Virus record (IMG/VR): IMGVR_UViG_3300027844_001828
Span: 171,625 to 235,624 of that record
Length of the DNA: 64,000 bases
Reading direction: 5' to 3' (one strand)
Positions 9,228-19,302 of this stretch are shown piece after piece. The translations under genes were made by a program, and so were the position numbers. A model generated the notes under the pieces. That model was given only the letters and a program-made list of their open reading frames with translations. It did not search any database and had not been told where the DNA came from. Each line of letters begins with the position of its first letter. The stretch's first letter is position 1.

Positions 9228-10670
9228 ATGGGCCTCAAAGCACACAAGTTTGGCACACATCCGTTTGACACAACCTACGATGTGATTGATTCCGCCACAC
9301 TCCAATGCACTGACCTCAAGAAAGGGTCTAACAAGTTCTATCAGATGGAGTTACACAAAAACGCCTCTGGTTATTGGAGGATCTTCACAGCTAACGGGCG
9401 CACAGGCTCATACTCTACCCAATTGGAGCGTATGCCTGAAGACGAGACGGCAGGACGCGCAGAGTACGCAAAGATTTTCCGCACCAAGACCACCCGCAAG
9501 AGTCAGCCTTATACTAAGGTTGATGTTGTGAATTCCAACCTTGGAACAGATGCTGGGAACCAAGTTGTTCAATCAGACGACTTCGATCAGAAGAACATCA
9601 CCGTTGCCGACACAGGCAAAAAGAATAAATCAAAGAAGGTTATTCCAATCAAGATTTCTCAGTTGGTTTCCAGGCTCTACAGTGAAGCCGGTAACGCTTG
9701 TAAAAGCCAGCTTCATGGAAGTGTTCAAGCGAGTGAAGAGAACCCTCTTGGGACTCTTACAAAAACTCAGATTGAAGATGGTAGAGCCATTCTTCAAGAG
9801 GCGAATGCCATCTTGGTCGCTGACGCCACTCGTATTGACTCAATTGAATCTGAGGTTATCGCTATAACTGACAAGTTCTACAGCACTATTCCACAGGAAA
9901 TTGCTCTTCGCCCGAAAACTAAAGCCGGAGAAGATGCCCGTGATGATTGGATGCGTGGAATTGCCCTCAACAATGCTACAATCCTTGATGATAAGTTTGA
10001 TCTTCTCGACCTTCTTGGTGATGTGAAGGGAATGATGGGCGGTTTCGCCACGACAGATGAAGAAAAACGTTTGAAAGAGGCGAACTGTGAGTTTTCTGAA
10101 GTGGACAGTGCCACTTTCAAACAGGTCTGCGATCTTATTGTCAATACTCAGTCGAAGCACCACAATTGGAAGTTGAATCCAAGGCGAATTTTTTCAATGA
10201 AAAGCAAATCTCAATCAAGTCATAAAAAAACAATGGGGGAAACCGGGAATTGTCAAGAACTTTTCCATGGATCTGGATCTCAAAATATTTTGGGAATATG
10301 TAAACGAGGAATTTTAATACGTCCTCCTGGGGTCTATATTACTGGCGCGTTATTGGGAAACGGGGCTTATTTCGCTAATAATAGTACAAAATCAAGTCAA
10401 TATTCTACTGGCAGATTTGGTGGATCTGGATCTTCCAATGGAAATACTTCATTTATGTTTGTTGCCAACGTGGCTCTTGGGAAAGTGAAAAAATTAAGCA
10501 AGGGTAGCAGTTCTATTGTCAAAGCACCGAATGGTTTTGATTCTGTTATGGGGGCTGCTAATTATACAGATTGTGGATGGAGTAAACTCCTTCATGATGA
10601 ATTTGTAGTTTATGATGTTAAACAGCATACTCTTGACTACTTGATTGAATTTGAACAATCTTATAGATAG
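9228..10670 (+). CDS. WGR-domain poly(ADP-ribose) polymerase
   Basis: WGR-like SNKFYQMEL...NGRTG; regulatory PLGTLTKTQI...FYSTIP; catalytic LFHGS, GAYFA, KSSQY, VALG, HDEFVVY (H-Y-E triad). Confidence 0.88.
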   Translation: MGLKAHKFGTHPFDTTYDVIDSATLQCTDLKKGSNKFYQMELHKNASGYWRIFTANGRTGSYSTQLERMPEDETAGRAEYAKIFRTKTTRKSQPYTKVDVVNSNLGTDAGNQVVQSDDFDQKNITVADTGKKNKSKKVIPIKISQLVSRLYSEAGNACKSQLHGSVQASEENPLGTLTKTQIEDGRAILQEANAILVADATRIDSIESEVIAITDKFYSTIPQEIALRPKTKAGEDARDDWMRGIALNNATILDDKFDLLDLLGDVKGMMGGFATTDEEKRLKEANCEFSEVDSATFKQVCDLIVNTQSKHHNWKLNPRRIFSMKSKSQSSHKKTMGETGNCQELFHGSGSQNILGICKRGILIRPPGVYITGALLGNGAYFANNSTKSSQYSTGRFGGSGSSNGNTSFMFVANVALGKVKKLSKGSSSIVKAPNGFDSVMGAANYTDCGWSKLLHDEFVVYDVKQHTLDYLIEFEQSYR

Positions 10671-10761
10671 AGAGGGATTTAACTTTAAGGGTATACTATT
10701 GACGAGAGAGAGATTTCTGGTCCAGAAGTAGAGAAGAAAAAAAATATTTTTAATCCAGAGC

Positions 10762-11409
10762 TTGAATCACCGAGATGAGGGGGTTATATTGAAAACAGTA
10801 AGAACAACAGTGGATGGAAAGACTGAGTTTGAGATGATCGAGGAAGGTGCGGTTGTGGCGGCTTGCAAATACACTCAGGGAAACGCATCGTTCATACCAA
10901 CCATTTCAAATCTTAAGGTGAAGCTAAGTGAGAGAAAGAAAGGGTACGCTCGAAAACTAATGATGAAGATCATGGAAGGGTTTGGCCCTCCGATCCAACT
11001 ACAGGCGATACCATTTAGAGATTTGGGAGAGAAACAAGATCCTATCACAGTTGAAGATCTAAGAAAATTTTATGAGTCATTGGGTTTTGAAGGATTGCCA
11101 GGAACAAAGTTTATGCTCTGGTATTTGAAAGACAATGATGAGAACATAGCCACGAAGCAATTCTCTTTGTATCTATGGGAAGCGAGACTAACGAACATCG
11201 AAGGTATCTTTGGTACAGGAAAAACTGAAAAGGAATCAATTGGAGATCTTGTTTCAAGGTATCCAGTAATTTTCGGAGTCAAGAACATTGGAAAATCAGA
11301 AGACAACGATGCTTGGGCAACTGGAGATCTTGCTTCAAGGTATCCAACAATTTTCGGAGTTAAGAACATCGGAAAATCAGAAGACAAAGAAGTGGCGGCA
11401 ACTCATTAG
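10762..11409 (+). CDS. GNAT-family acetyltransferase with duplicated C-terminal segment
   Basis: LKV...RKKGYARKLM and LRKFYESLGF; true start uncertain. Confidence 0.7.
   Translation: MNHRDEGVILKTVRTTVDGKTEFEMIEEGAVVAACKYTQGNASFIPTISNLKVKLSERKKGYARKLMMKIMEGFGPPIQLQAIPFRDLGEKQDPITVEDLRKFYESLGFEGLPGTKFMLWYLKDNDENIATKQFSLYLWEARLTNIEGIFGTGKTEKESIGDLVSRYPVIFGVKNIGKSEDNDAWATGDLASRYPTIFGVKNIGKSEDKEVAATH
11241..11387 (+). repeat. Two diverged copies of a ~66-bp segment (GDLxSRYPxIFGVKNIGKSED)
   Basis: tggagatcttg(t/c)ttcaaggtatcca...tcagaagacaa occurs twice, 81 bp apart. Confidence 0.85.
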
Positions 11410-11769
11410 AGTGTTAAGTGTTGAGGGAGAACTTGTTAATATTGTCATCCCTGGATTTAGTGCCACAGAAGTGATCACCATTACAACTGATAACATTCCA
11501 TCCGAAGTTTTATCAATTTTTGAACCAGACACAAGGGTTTATGCAAGAGTTAATATTGGGGTGGAAGATTCCCAACACCTTGATTTTTCAGATTGGAGTA
11601 CATCATGAGATATAGAATAACACTCTCAAACTCCACCGTCCCCTTGATTGCCAGAAAACATTTTTCAACCAGATGCCATGTTTGCAATAGTTTGTTTACC
11701 AGACATGGTTGTTCAAATTGTCCGCCAAGTCCAAGATATAACACCAAACAAAAAACAGGAGAGAGCAAG

Positions 11770-12417
11770 ATGCAAAAGACATTGACAGTAGCAGTGAGTG
11801 ACGAAATCCACAATGGATTTGTAGCCAACGGCTGTGAATTCAGCGCCCATGACATCACCGTTGCCATTCGTAAAAAGATCAACGCGGGCGATTTGGAGAT
11901 TCACGGTCTTCCGTTTCAAGATGTTGACGGGACTCCGAATACGCAGCGTATCGAACATGACGCTGTACGAACTGAAGTTCATGGTGTCTGTGGTGTTGAT
12001 AACATCACCGGATATGCTCGCAAGTGGAACAGAACTGTCGGCTATTTTAGCTGGACCTTAGATGCTGCCACCGATGACGATGACGATGACTTCGTAAACA
12101 TTGCAACCAAGGATGGCACTTCCGTTATCTGGAATTCGCAAACACCAGCGCCCGCCCTCCCGCCAAAGACGCCGACGATCAAGGCCAATGCGGCGGCAAA
12201 TCCGAATGATCATATCGTCATCGGAAAGATCCTAAACTATGTCAATGGCAGAGTTAACGATGGTGTCAACCCCACGTTGAAGGCAACACAGAGTTGCATC
12301 AAGCGTAACCCTCTTACGGTCAGACAAATCTCTGATATCGTACAGAACAATGGTTACAAGATCAGCAATGATGGAGGAAAGGCGTACTGTTATTCCGAAA
12401 TCACACCCTCAAGCTAA
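11770..12417 (+). CDS. Hypothetical protein
   Basis: AGGAGA SD and ATG at 11770; terminator downstream. Confidence 0.65.
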   Translation: MQKTLTVAVSDEIHNGFVANGCEFSAHDITVAIRKKINAGDLEIHGLPFQDVDGTPNTQRIEHDAVRTEVHGVCGVDNITGYARKWNRTVGYFSWTLDAATDDDDDDFVNIATKDGTSVIWNSQTPAPALPPKTPTIKANAAANPNDHIVIGKILNYVNGRVNDGVNPTLKATQSCIKRNPLTVRQISDIVQNNGYKISNDGGKAYCYSEITPSS

Positions 12418-12438
12418 TTCGCGGGGTCATGGTATAAT

Positions 12439-12472
12439 AAGATGAGGGCTGCGAAAGCGGTCCTCATCTTTT
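12439..12472 (+). terminator. Intrinsic terminator
   Basis: AAGATGAGGGCTGC-GAAA-GCGGTCCTCATCTTTT. Confidence 0.8.
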
Positions 12473-12879
12473 GGTTATAACTAAACTATTGCTAATATAG
12501 GTAAATATATGGATCAGTATAGAAATCAGGTAGACCGCTTCCTCATGGCATTTAATTCAATGAGTGCCCTGGTGAAGATTCATATGATAATGTTCGATGT
12601 ATCAACTAAAACATTATCATTCTCTGTCTCATTAGAGATTTATGACAAGTATCTCAATGATGATAAGTATGGTAGCATGAACAATTTCGTTCATTTGTCT
12701 CAGGCTTTTTTCGACCAAATACACGTGATTTCGAATTCATACTTCGGTGAATCTGTTGATTGGGACGAGGTCAATCAAATAGGAATGGTAAAAGTAGCTA
12801 TAAAATGATGCAGGGGTTTTAGATTCAATTAATGAATAAATATCTTGTGGTTTAATTTTTATACTAGGGTCATTAAATA

Positions 12880-14487
12880 ATGAAAATAAAAACAGTAAGA
12901 GTCGCTCAAGATGCCAATACTCAAATTAGACAAGATGCAGAAATTGCATTGGCAAACATAATTCAGTATCTTAGCAATCAAAATGTTGATAAGGCAGTGG
13001 TTGATAATTTTTATGATGAGCTTGTCGGTGAGATCTCAAACATTGAGCTTGAAGGCAGAGAAGAAGAGATCGCAAGTATTTACATAGCGAACACTGTCTT
13101 GGCCGACCTTGTTAAAAACATTAAGATTTTAGATGCGGACAAAGATAGAGGTGCCTCCGCCGAGGATGTTGGATATTTAATAGAGCAGACTTATGGGGCT
13201 GGTATTATTGATGCGATCAATGCAAATCCAGACAAGTTGACCCCAGCAGAGATGGATGAGAATATATCAATCGCCACAGGCGGTCTGGATTTCACTCAGA
13301 AGTTTTTCAATCTCATTCCACATATAAGAGATTCGGCCACCACAGTGGCCGCTTACGATTTCAAGAGTGTGTTCGTGGCGTATGCCACAGAAGTAGATCT
13401 TCAAGACGGAGATAGTGAAGAACTAAAGAATATTCAATCCGTTTACCTCGCAATGTTATTGAAAGGGCATTTCAATGCAGATGATCTAAACGCATCATTC
13501 ATTAAATTAAAAGAAGTCGTGTCATCAAACAGGGCGAATCAGAGTCTTGAGCAAATCTGGTCCAGATATAATGATGCCGAAGATAAAGAAATTCCATTAA
13601 GAGATGCGATGGCGGCAATCAATGAGGCTACAACTTCACTTGAGAAATCGGTTTTTGGAACGGAAACATTTAAGGGTGAAGAAATTTCAGAACCAATGAC
13701 CTTCTCTGACGAACCAATGTTCTTCTCTGACGAGCCAACGGTTGAAGAGCAATCTTCTGCGCTCGTCCCAACACCAGGGAATAAACAAGAAGAACCAGCG
13801 GCACAAGCGCCTGCGCAAGAAACGCCGCCGCCGAGTATGGACCCGTCGCCGCCGAAACCGACGCCGCCGAGTATGGACCCACCGCCGCCGAGTATGGACC
13901 CGCCTATTCCACCTGACGTGAAAGAAGAGGAAAAGCCAGAACCACTTCCGGGCGAAACACAATCTCAGTACAATGAAAGAGCAAAGAGAATTGAAATAGC
14001 CGATGACGCCGAAGAAGAAGCGGCGATGGGTGTTATTTACAAAACGTTGAAAAGTCTTAAGATGGCGGACATGAGAATTCGTGCCGCTTGGGAACGTTAT
14101 AGATCCGGGGGAGAGTTTAACGACTTGAAGCAGGAGGTTGAAAAATATTTCTATGTAGAGTTGACGAATGTCGGCTCTGGTATTAAAGGAAAGATGAATG
14201 AAGGAGATCAGGCGGCGAAAGCGAAGGATGACCTTGGCTCTGCCGCTAACCAGAATACTCAGAATATGAATGAACAGGATATTAATGCTGACTTCAGTGC
14301 TTTCGGCTACGACACCGGATACATGGACCCAAATCAAACGTGGACAAGCGTGACTCTTAATAGGCTACCCAAAACTGCGAACTCAGGATTGGAGTTAAGA
14401 CTAAGAATGGAAGACCCATTACCACCTGTCTATAGGGGGCTGATACCTTCACAGTCATCAGATTCTTTCTCTTTGATAAGAAAATAG
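12880..14487 (+). CDS. Large acidic protein with Pro-rich (PPPSMDP)x3 linker; possible internal virion protein
   Basis: 535-aa ORF starting MKIKTVRVAQ; repeat ccgccgagtatggaccc x3. Confidence 0.6.
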   Translation: MKIKTVRVAQDANTQIRQDAEIALANIIQYLSNQNVDKAVVDNFYDELVGEISNIELEGREEEIASIYIANTVLADLVKNIKILDADKDRGASAEDVGYLIEQTYGAGIIDAINANPDKLTPAEMDENISIATGGLDFTQKFFNLIPHIRDSATTVAAYDFKSVFVAYATEVDLQDGDSEELKNIQSVYLAMLLKGHFNADDLNASFIKLKEVVSSNRANQSLEQIWSRYNDAEDKEIPLRDAMAAINEATTSLEKSVFGTETFKGEEISEPMTFSDEPMFFSDEPTVEEQSSALVPTPGNKQEEPAAQAPAQETPPPSMDPSPPKPTPPSMDPPPPSMDPPIPPDVKEEEKPEPLPGETQSQYNERAKRIEIADDAEEEAAMGVIYKTLKSLKMADMRIRAAWERYRSGGEFNDLKQEVEKYFYVELTNVGSGIKGKMNEGDQAAKAKDDLGSAANQNTQNMNEQDINADFSAFGYDTGYMDPNQTWTSVTLNRLPKTANSGLELRLRMEDPLPPVYRGLIPSQSSDSFSLIRK

Positions 14488-14824
14488 GTCAAACAGGTTT
14501 GTAAAGCCGCATTGTTGGGTTATGGTATTGGATGCTGAGCAAATCAGCTTCAACCAAAACAGAATATAACAATGAGGTGTCTGATGACCACGAACAAGCA
14601 GATCGAAGAACTTCGCGAAGAGAACCGTGCCCTCAAGGCCAATCTCGCCAGAGCCAAGGGTTTGTTTCGTTCTCTTGAGTCAATGTTGGACATCAACGCC
14701 TCAATTCTCAAGGGCGACACCACGGGGTGTCACGACGCTTGGCGTTATACGGAAAAGGCAACATTTAACCTTCGCTCATTCTTTGACAGAGTTTATGGGG
14801 TAAAAGAACTCGTGGAGAAGAGCC

Positions 14825-15397
14825 GTGCAGAAAACCATTCATGATACGATAGAGTTCAAACCGGAATTGGTGTTTTTATCTTCGAAATACGGTAAGAAAG
14901 GGGGCATCTTCTCTCTTACCAACATTCCGATTGGAGAATCTATAACGATTGGGCGAAGCCCTAATTGTGACGTTTCGCGTCCGACAAGTAGTGCCTTAAG
15001 TAAAATACACTACAAAATCGTTAGGGTGGAGACCAAAAGGTTTGTTCTTGAAGACTGTGATAGCACGAATGGAACATTCATCAATGGTTTGCAAGCTCAT
15101 GAATCAAATATTGATGCCGGTGACATTATAGGCTCCGGTGATATTGAGATCTTGTTTAATGATGGCAATCCTCTCAACACAAAGAACAAGGCAGTAATTG
15201 ATTGGACTACAGAAAGTTTCAATGCCGAAGACATGGACAGCTTGAACCCATTCAACAATGGTGATTCAGCAATCGATAAAATTAAAAAGAAAAAGACTGA
15301 CTTAACGGTTAAGGTGATTTTATTTACCTTAGTCATCATCGCTTGCTTGGTCGGCGGATCATTGCTCGCATTATTAATCGGATTGGGGATACTCTAA
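14825..15397 (+). CDS. FHA-domain membrane protein
   Basis: IGRS..CD, SKIH, DSTNGTFING; C-terminal TM helix. Confidence 0.85.
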   Translation: MQKTIHDTIEFKPELVFLSSKYGKKGGIFSLTNIPIGESITIGRSPNCDVSRPTSSALSKIHYKIVRVETKRFVLEDCDSTNGTFINGLQAHESNIDAGDIIGSGDIEILFNDGNPLNTKNKAVIDWTTESFNAEDMDSLNPFNNGDSAIDKIKKKKTDLTVKVILFTLVIIACLVGGSLLALLIGLGIL

Positions 15398-15922
15398 ATG
15401 GAATATAAATACAAGGCAATGGATGGGCAAGGCAAAGAGTGTAAAGGAACTGTTGCTGCCAAGAGCGAGAATGAGGCCTGTTCTCTTATCAAAGAAATGG
15501 GTCAGTTCCCAATAAGTATTACCCCTGTTGGAGCCGAAAATGGTGAGAAAGAACATAGTAAGGCTCGTAAAGGTTTCGCTCTCATTATGGACAACCTCAA
15601 AGAGGCGGTTGAGACCTGGGATGGGCCAAACAAAGATGAGCCCGAATTGTCCGATTTAGAACGGGAGACCTCAAACGCTCTTAAACTCTCAGGGTTCGGC
15701 AAACACATAGTTGATTTTGTTTGCAAGTGCGTCAAAGACCGCAAGAATCCAAAGGAAGTTTTGCTTCACATGTATACAGCAGAACAAGAACTCCCCATTC
15801 AATTGTTGTTCGCATGGATCGAGAATCCCACCGATGAAAATGTGAAAAAACTTGGAAAGAGATTGAATATTGACATAGACAAGACTATCTTGAACATGGA
15901 GCAAGAAAATGCAAAGGAATGA
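15398..15922 (+). CDS. Protein with PilC/GspF-like N-terminal domain fused to unrelated C-terminus
   Basis: YKYKAMDGQGKECKGTVAAKSENEACSLIKEMGQFPISI; no TM or T2SS-F body. Confidence 0.65.
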   Translation: MEYKYKAMDGQGKECKGTVAAKSENEACSLIKEMGQFPISITPVGAENGEKEHSKARKGFALIMDNLKEAVETWDGPNKDEPELSDLERETSNALKLSGFGKHIVDFVCKCVKDRKNPKEVLLHMYTAEQELPIQLLFAWIENPTDENVKKLGKRLNIDIDKTILNMEQENAKE

Positions 15923-16098
15923 CACGCGAGTAATTGAACCATTCGGTTTTATGGGATTCTTTTTCTTGTTATGTTTGGAGGGGAGGCAGGTTCCCCAAGA
16001 AACAACAGACCTAAGATGAATCCGTGGTTCATTGTGTCAGTAATTTTTGCGGAGGCAATCTTAATTATAATAGTTTAACATAAACATCGAGAATTAAA

Positions 16099-16611
16099 AT
16101 GAAAAAACCTGTGCTAAAAAGATTTACATTTATTGAAATCCTTGTGGTTGCAGCTATAGTTTTTATCATAGGACCAATGATTTTTTCTGGTGTTTATCAG
16201 AAAACTGTTTATGATAAACACAAGGCTATTAAATCTCTTTATATATTCACAATGTCAAAAGAACAGTTTTATGAGTTCTACAATGTTGACAATGATGTTA
16301 TGAAAGCCGAGTTGAATGCATTATCCGAAAATAAATTGCACCCAAGGGACTCTTTACACTTTAAATAGTGGTTTCCTATTGATAAGGTTGAAACGGTGAC
16401 GAAACCATCCGGGAAAAACTTTTATCACACATGGCGAGCTTATGAAGAGGATACTGAAATTAGTGAGAAGGGATTTTATCTCTTGTTTTACGCTAATCAA
16501 ATTCCAAATTTTTCATCTTCATGGTCAGCGTATTCAACAATAACCAAAAACCCAAGTGGCCTTACGGAAGTTTCTTTCAATATTCTTCTTGACGCCAAGG
16601 AGATCCGATGA
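16099..16611 (+). pseudogene. Prepilin-like protein interrupted by an in-frame TAG (16366-16368)
   Basis: KRFTFIEILVVAAI N-terminus; ORF 16396 is in the same frame and is paralogous to the C-terminus of ORF 16608. Confidence 0.6.
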
Positions 16612-17036
16612 TAATCCGTAGACACAACTTTGACCTTGTTGCGCTTCTTGTTGCAATCTTTGCAATATTAATATTAGCCGGGCTCCTTTTTCCAGCCTGG
16701 AATCAAGCGAGATCGAAAGCGAGATACAAAAAACTTATTTTGAAAACTGAAGAAAAAATAGAGGCCCCTGTTGATAATGCTCAAGAAGCCGCTATAGTAG
16801 AGGTGATTGAATCAGATACTATCAAAGGCATTGATAAAGATAGTATTTATTATCACTGGCGGACATATGAAACTAAAAGCGATCTTACCGAGAAACAGTT
16901 CTACATCTTGTTTTATGCAAACGATTTGCCAGGGTTTAGCGACGTTTTCGAGGCGTACTGTACAATTACCAGAGAAAAAAGTAAATTAACGAAAAGTCAA
17001 TTTGACTTATTATTCAACGAGAAAGCAATACATTAG
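16608..17036 (+). CDS. Degenerate PVC-type prepilin-like protein
   Basis: RRHNFDLVALLVAIFAILILAGLLFPAWNQARSKAR resembles FTLIELLVVIAIIAILAxxLLPALxxARxxAR. Confidence 0.65.
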   Translation: MIIRRHNFDLVALLVAIFAILILAGLLFPAWNQARSKARYKKLILKTEEKIEAPVDNAQEAAIVEVIESDTIKGIDKDSIYYHWRTYETKSDLTEKQFYILFYANDLPGFSDVFEAYCTITREKSKLTKSQFDLLFNEKAIH

Positions 17037-17045
17037 GAGAAATAT

Positions 17046-18065
17046 ATGTCATCATCAACGAACGCCAGCATTGAAGCAGAAGAGGATGACCTACAGACAG
17101 CTTTAGAGTCTGACACCGGATACGCAGAGTCAAAGGGGCAACCCACTTCTGACGAGGGTTCTGTAGAGTGCGACAAGAGTGTTGATCCCACAAAGAAGAA
17201 AGATGTGATACAGTGGTCTTTGATCGGCGACAACAAATTTTTCCCTTGTGGTGAAACGGCAGGCCAGTTGATCCCTGGTGTTTATGAAATATCATCAAGC
17301 GATCATGGTATCTTCTTTGAAAAGATCCCAATTAAATTGGAAGGGTTGATTCGATTCCCGCAAGTAAACTCTGAATTGGTCATTGATGAAATTCAAAGGT
17401 TCTGGACCTTGGAAGATCAATTCAAGAAACATTCTCTCTCATATAAGAGAGGAATGTTACTCTGGGGTCCACCCGGATCTGGTAAGTCTTGCACGATCCA
17501 ATTGCTCACACATGATGTTGTGGCGCGAGGCGGCATTGCATTGAACATTAATAACCCGAATCTCTTTGGGCAAGGGTTGAGGATCTTGAGAAAGATTCAA
17601 CCTGAGACTCCAGTCATCGTGATCATGGAAGACCTTGACGCCTTGATTTATCACTACAACGAATCTGATATCTTGAATATCTTGGATGGCGTTACAGAAT
17701 TGCACAAGATTGTTTTCCTCGCAACAACCAACTATCCAGACAGACTTGGCGCTCGTGTTATTAACAGACCGTCAAGATTCGACAAGAGATTTAAGATTGG
17801 TCACCCAGATGATGAATCAAGAAAGATCTATATCGAACACTTGTTCAGAAATGACGAGTCAGATCTTGAGTCAATCGATATCGAAGGATGGGTTGAAGAC
17901 ACAGAAGGATTTTCTCTTGCACATATCAAGGAACTCTTTGTGGCGCATGTGATCCTTGGTGACGGTTATGATGATGCTGTTAAGATCTTGAGCAGCATGA
18001 GAGAAAGAGTCAAGCCGGAAGAGGAATTCGATCAGAATACGGTTGGATTCGGAAAAAGCGAGTGA
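17046..18065 (+). CDS. AAA+ ATPase (classical AAA clade)
   Basis: RGMLLWGPPGSGKS, IMED, ATTNYPDRL, RPSRFD. Confidence 0.88.
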   Translation: MSSSTNASIEAEEDDLQTALESDTGYAESKGQPTSDEGSVECDKSVDPTKKKDVIQWSLIGDNKFFPCGETAGQLIPGVYEISSSDHGIFFEKIPIKLEGLIRFPQVNSELVIDEIQRFWTLEDQFKKHSLSYKRGMLLWGPPGSGKSCTIQLLTHDVVARGGIALNINNPNLFGQGLRILRKIQPETPVIVIMEDLDALIYHYNESDILNILDGVTELHKIVFLATTNYPDRLGARVINRPSRFDKRFKIGHPDDESRKIYIEHLFRNDESDLESIDIEGWVEDTEGFSLAHIKELFVAHVILGDGYDDAVKILSSMRERVKPEEEFDQNTVGFGKSE

Positions 18066-18070
18066 TAACA

Positions 18071-18481
18071 ATGGGCCATGTTGATCAGTTGGTGAGTGAT
18101 GAAGAAGAGTTGCAGGGGCTTCTTGCCTCTGCGCCCTTCGCTCACTCAATGGAAGACCAGTCGCACATGTTCAAGAGCAATTATCAAGAACGGTTAATGA
18201 TCCCAAATTGACATTTGGTCTTCAACCTGGACCATTTTATATTTTCTCAGGAAACCCCCGAAGAAAAATGTTTCAGGAGTTCGGACAAGATGAAAAGTAT
18301 ATCAGAAAAACTGTTGGGAGAAGAACTTGAGCTACAGGATATTTTAGCAGAGTTCCCAGATGGTAGTGAAGAGATTGACCCACCATTAGATTCGATGACA
18401 AAAGTTTCTGATATCAGAGGACGGATCTTCTTTATAGACAAAGAGGCTGAAGTTCATTCAATGGAGAGTTCCGTAGAATAG
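18071..18481 (+). pseudogene. Hypothetical gene with in-frame TGA at 18209
   Basis: ATG 18071 and ORF 18215 share a frame, separated by a single TGA. Confidence 0.45.
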
Positions 18482-19227
18482 CAAACGCTGGGGCTCAGAG
18501 TCCTGGGTAACAGTGGTAAGCCGTTACCCAGGACTAACCTGTTACATCTAACCTCCAAAAGGAGATCACAATGACGATGCTTAAAAACATCCTGCACCAA
18601 CTCGCTATTCTTCTCGGTTTGCGCAGTGCTGTGAACTATGGCAATGGCAGACTCGGTAAGGTTTGTCTTGACAGCGCCTTAGTTCTGTAACGTCGTCAGG
18701 CACTCAGTAACGGCCCCGTCCCCATCCTTGCTCCTCCGCGTCATGGAATGTTCTAAGACAATAAGGGGAACGAGTCGAGATTTAGGGGATACGGAGGAAT
18801 TTTTTGCTTATGACCTTGAGTCGTTTGATGAATTTACTGAAGAACATGACGTTTCAGGATTTTCTCGTTGGTTTGACAGATTGATTCCTATGACATATAA
18901 TTACTTCCATTGGGACAAAGATCGGTCGCTTGACGAAAAACCATTCTTAGATCTTTTTGAAAAGCATCGTTGTCCGATATTCGTTCTCAAAAATATTGAA
19001 CGAATGTCAGTCACTGTAGAGTTGAATCCTTGCCTCAAAGATATGCAGTTCTATCGGTACCATGATGCTCATACGGCATATCAGGAGATTTCTCAGTACT
19101 TAGGCAATGAGCTTGCTGTTCAGAAAGATCCTAATGTTCCGGTTGGAAATGACGTAACCCTTGCTTCCAGTAAGGGATTCGACAAGTGGAGCTTCAGAAA
19201 AGAATCCAATAAAAAGAAGAAGAAAGG

Positions 19228-19255
19228 TTGACATCGACGTTTGGTGGGATATGGT
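19228..19255 (+). promoter_or_regulatory. Sigma70-like promoter, 16-bp spacer
   Basis: TTGACA-N16-TATGGT. Confidence 0.65.
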
Positions 19256-19302
19256 AGTTGCACGTTGAAACAACGCCAAACACCAAACGGAGCACATCAA
19301 GC

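Noticed and set aside
18072-18150. tRNA-like start GGGCCATGTTGATCAGTTGGT
   Set aside because: No T-arm or acceptor complement; reads as coding sequence.
1529-18481. Stop-codon reassignment (genetic code 4 or 15)
   Set aside because: The in-frame stops are of both TGA and TAG types, and well-defined genes end at TGA (nadD) and TAG (PARP) at the expected C-termini.
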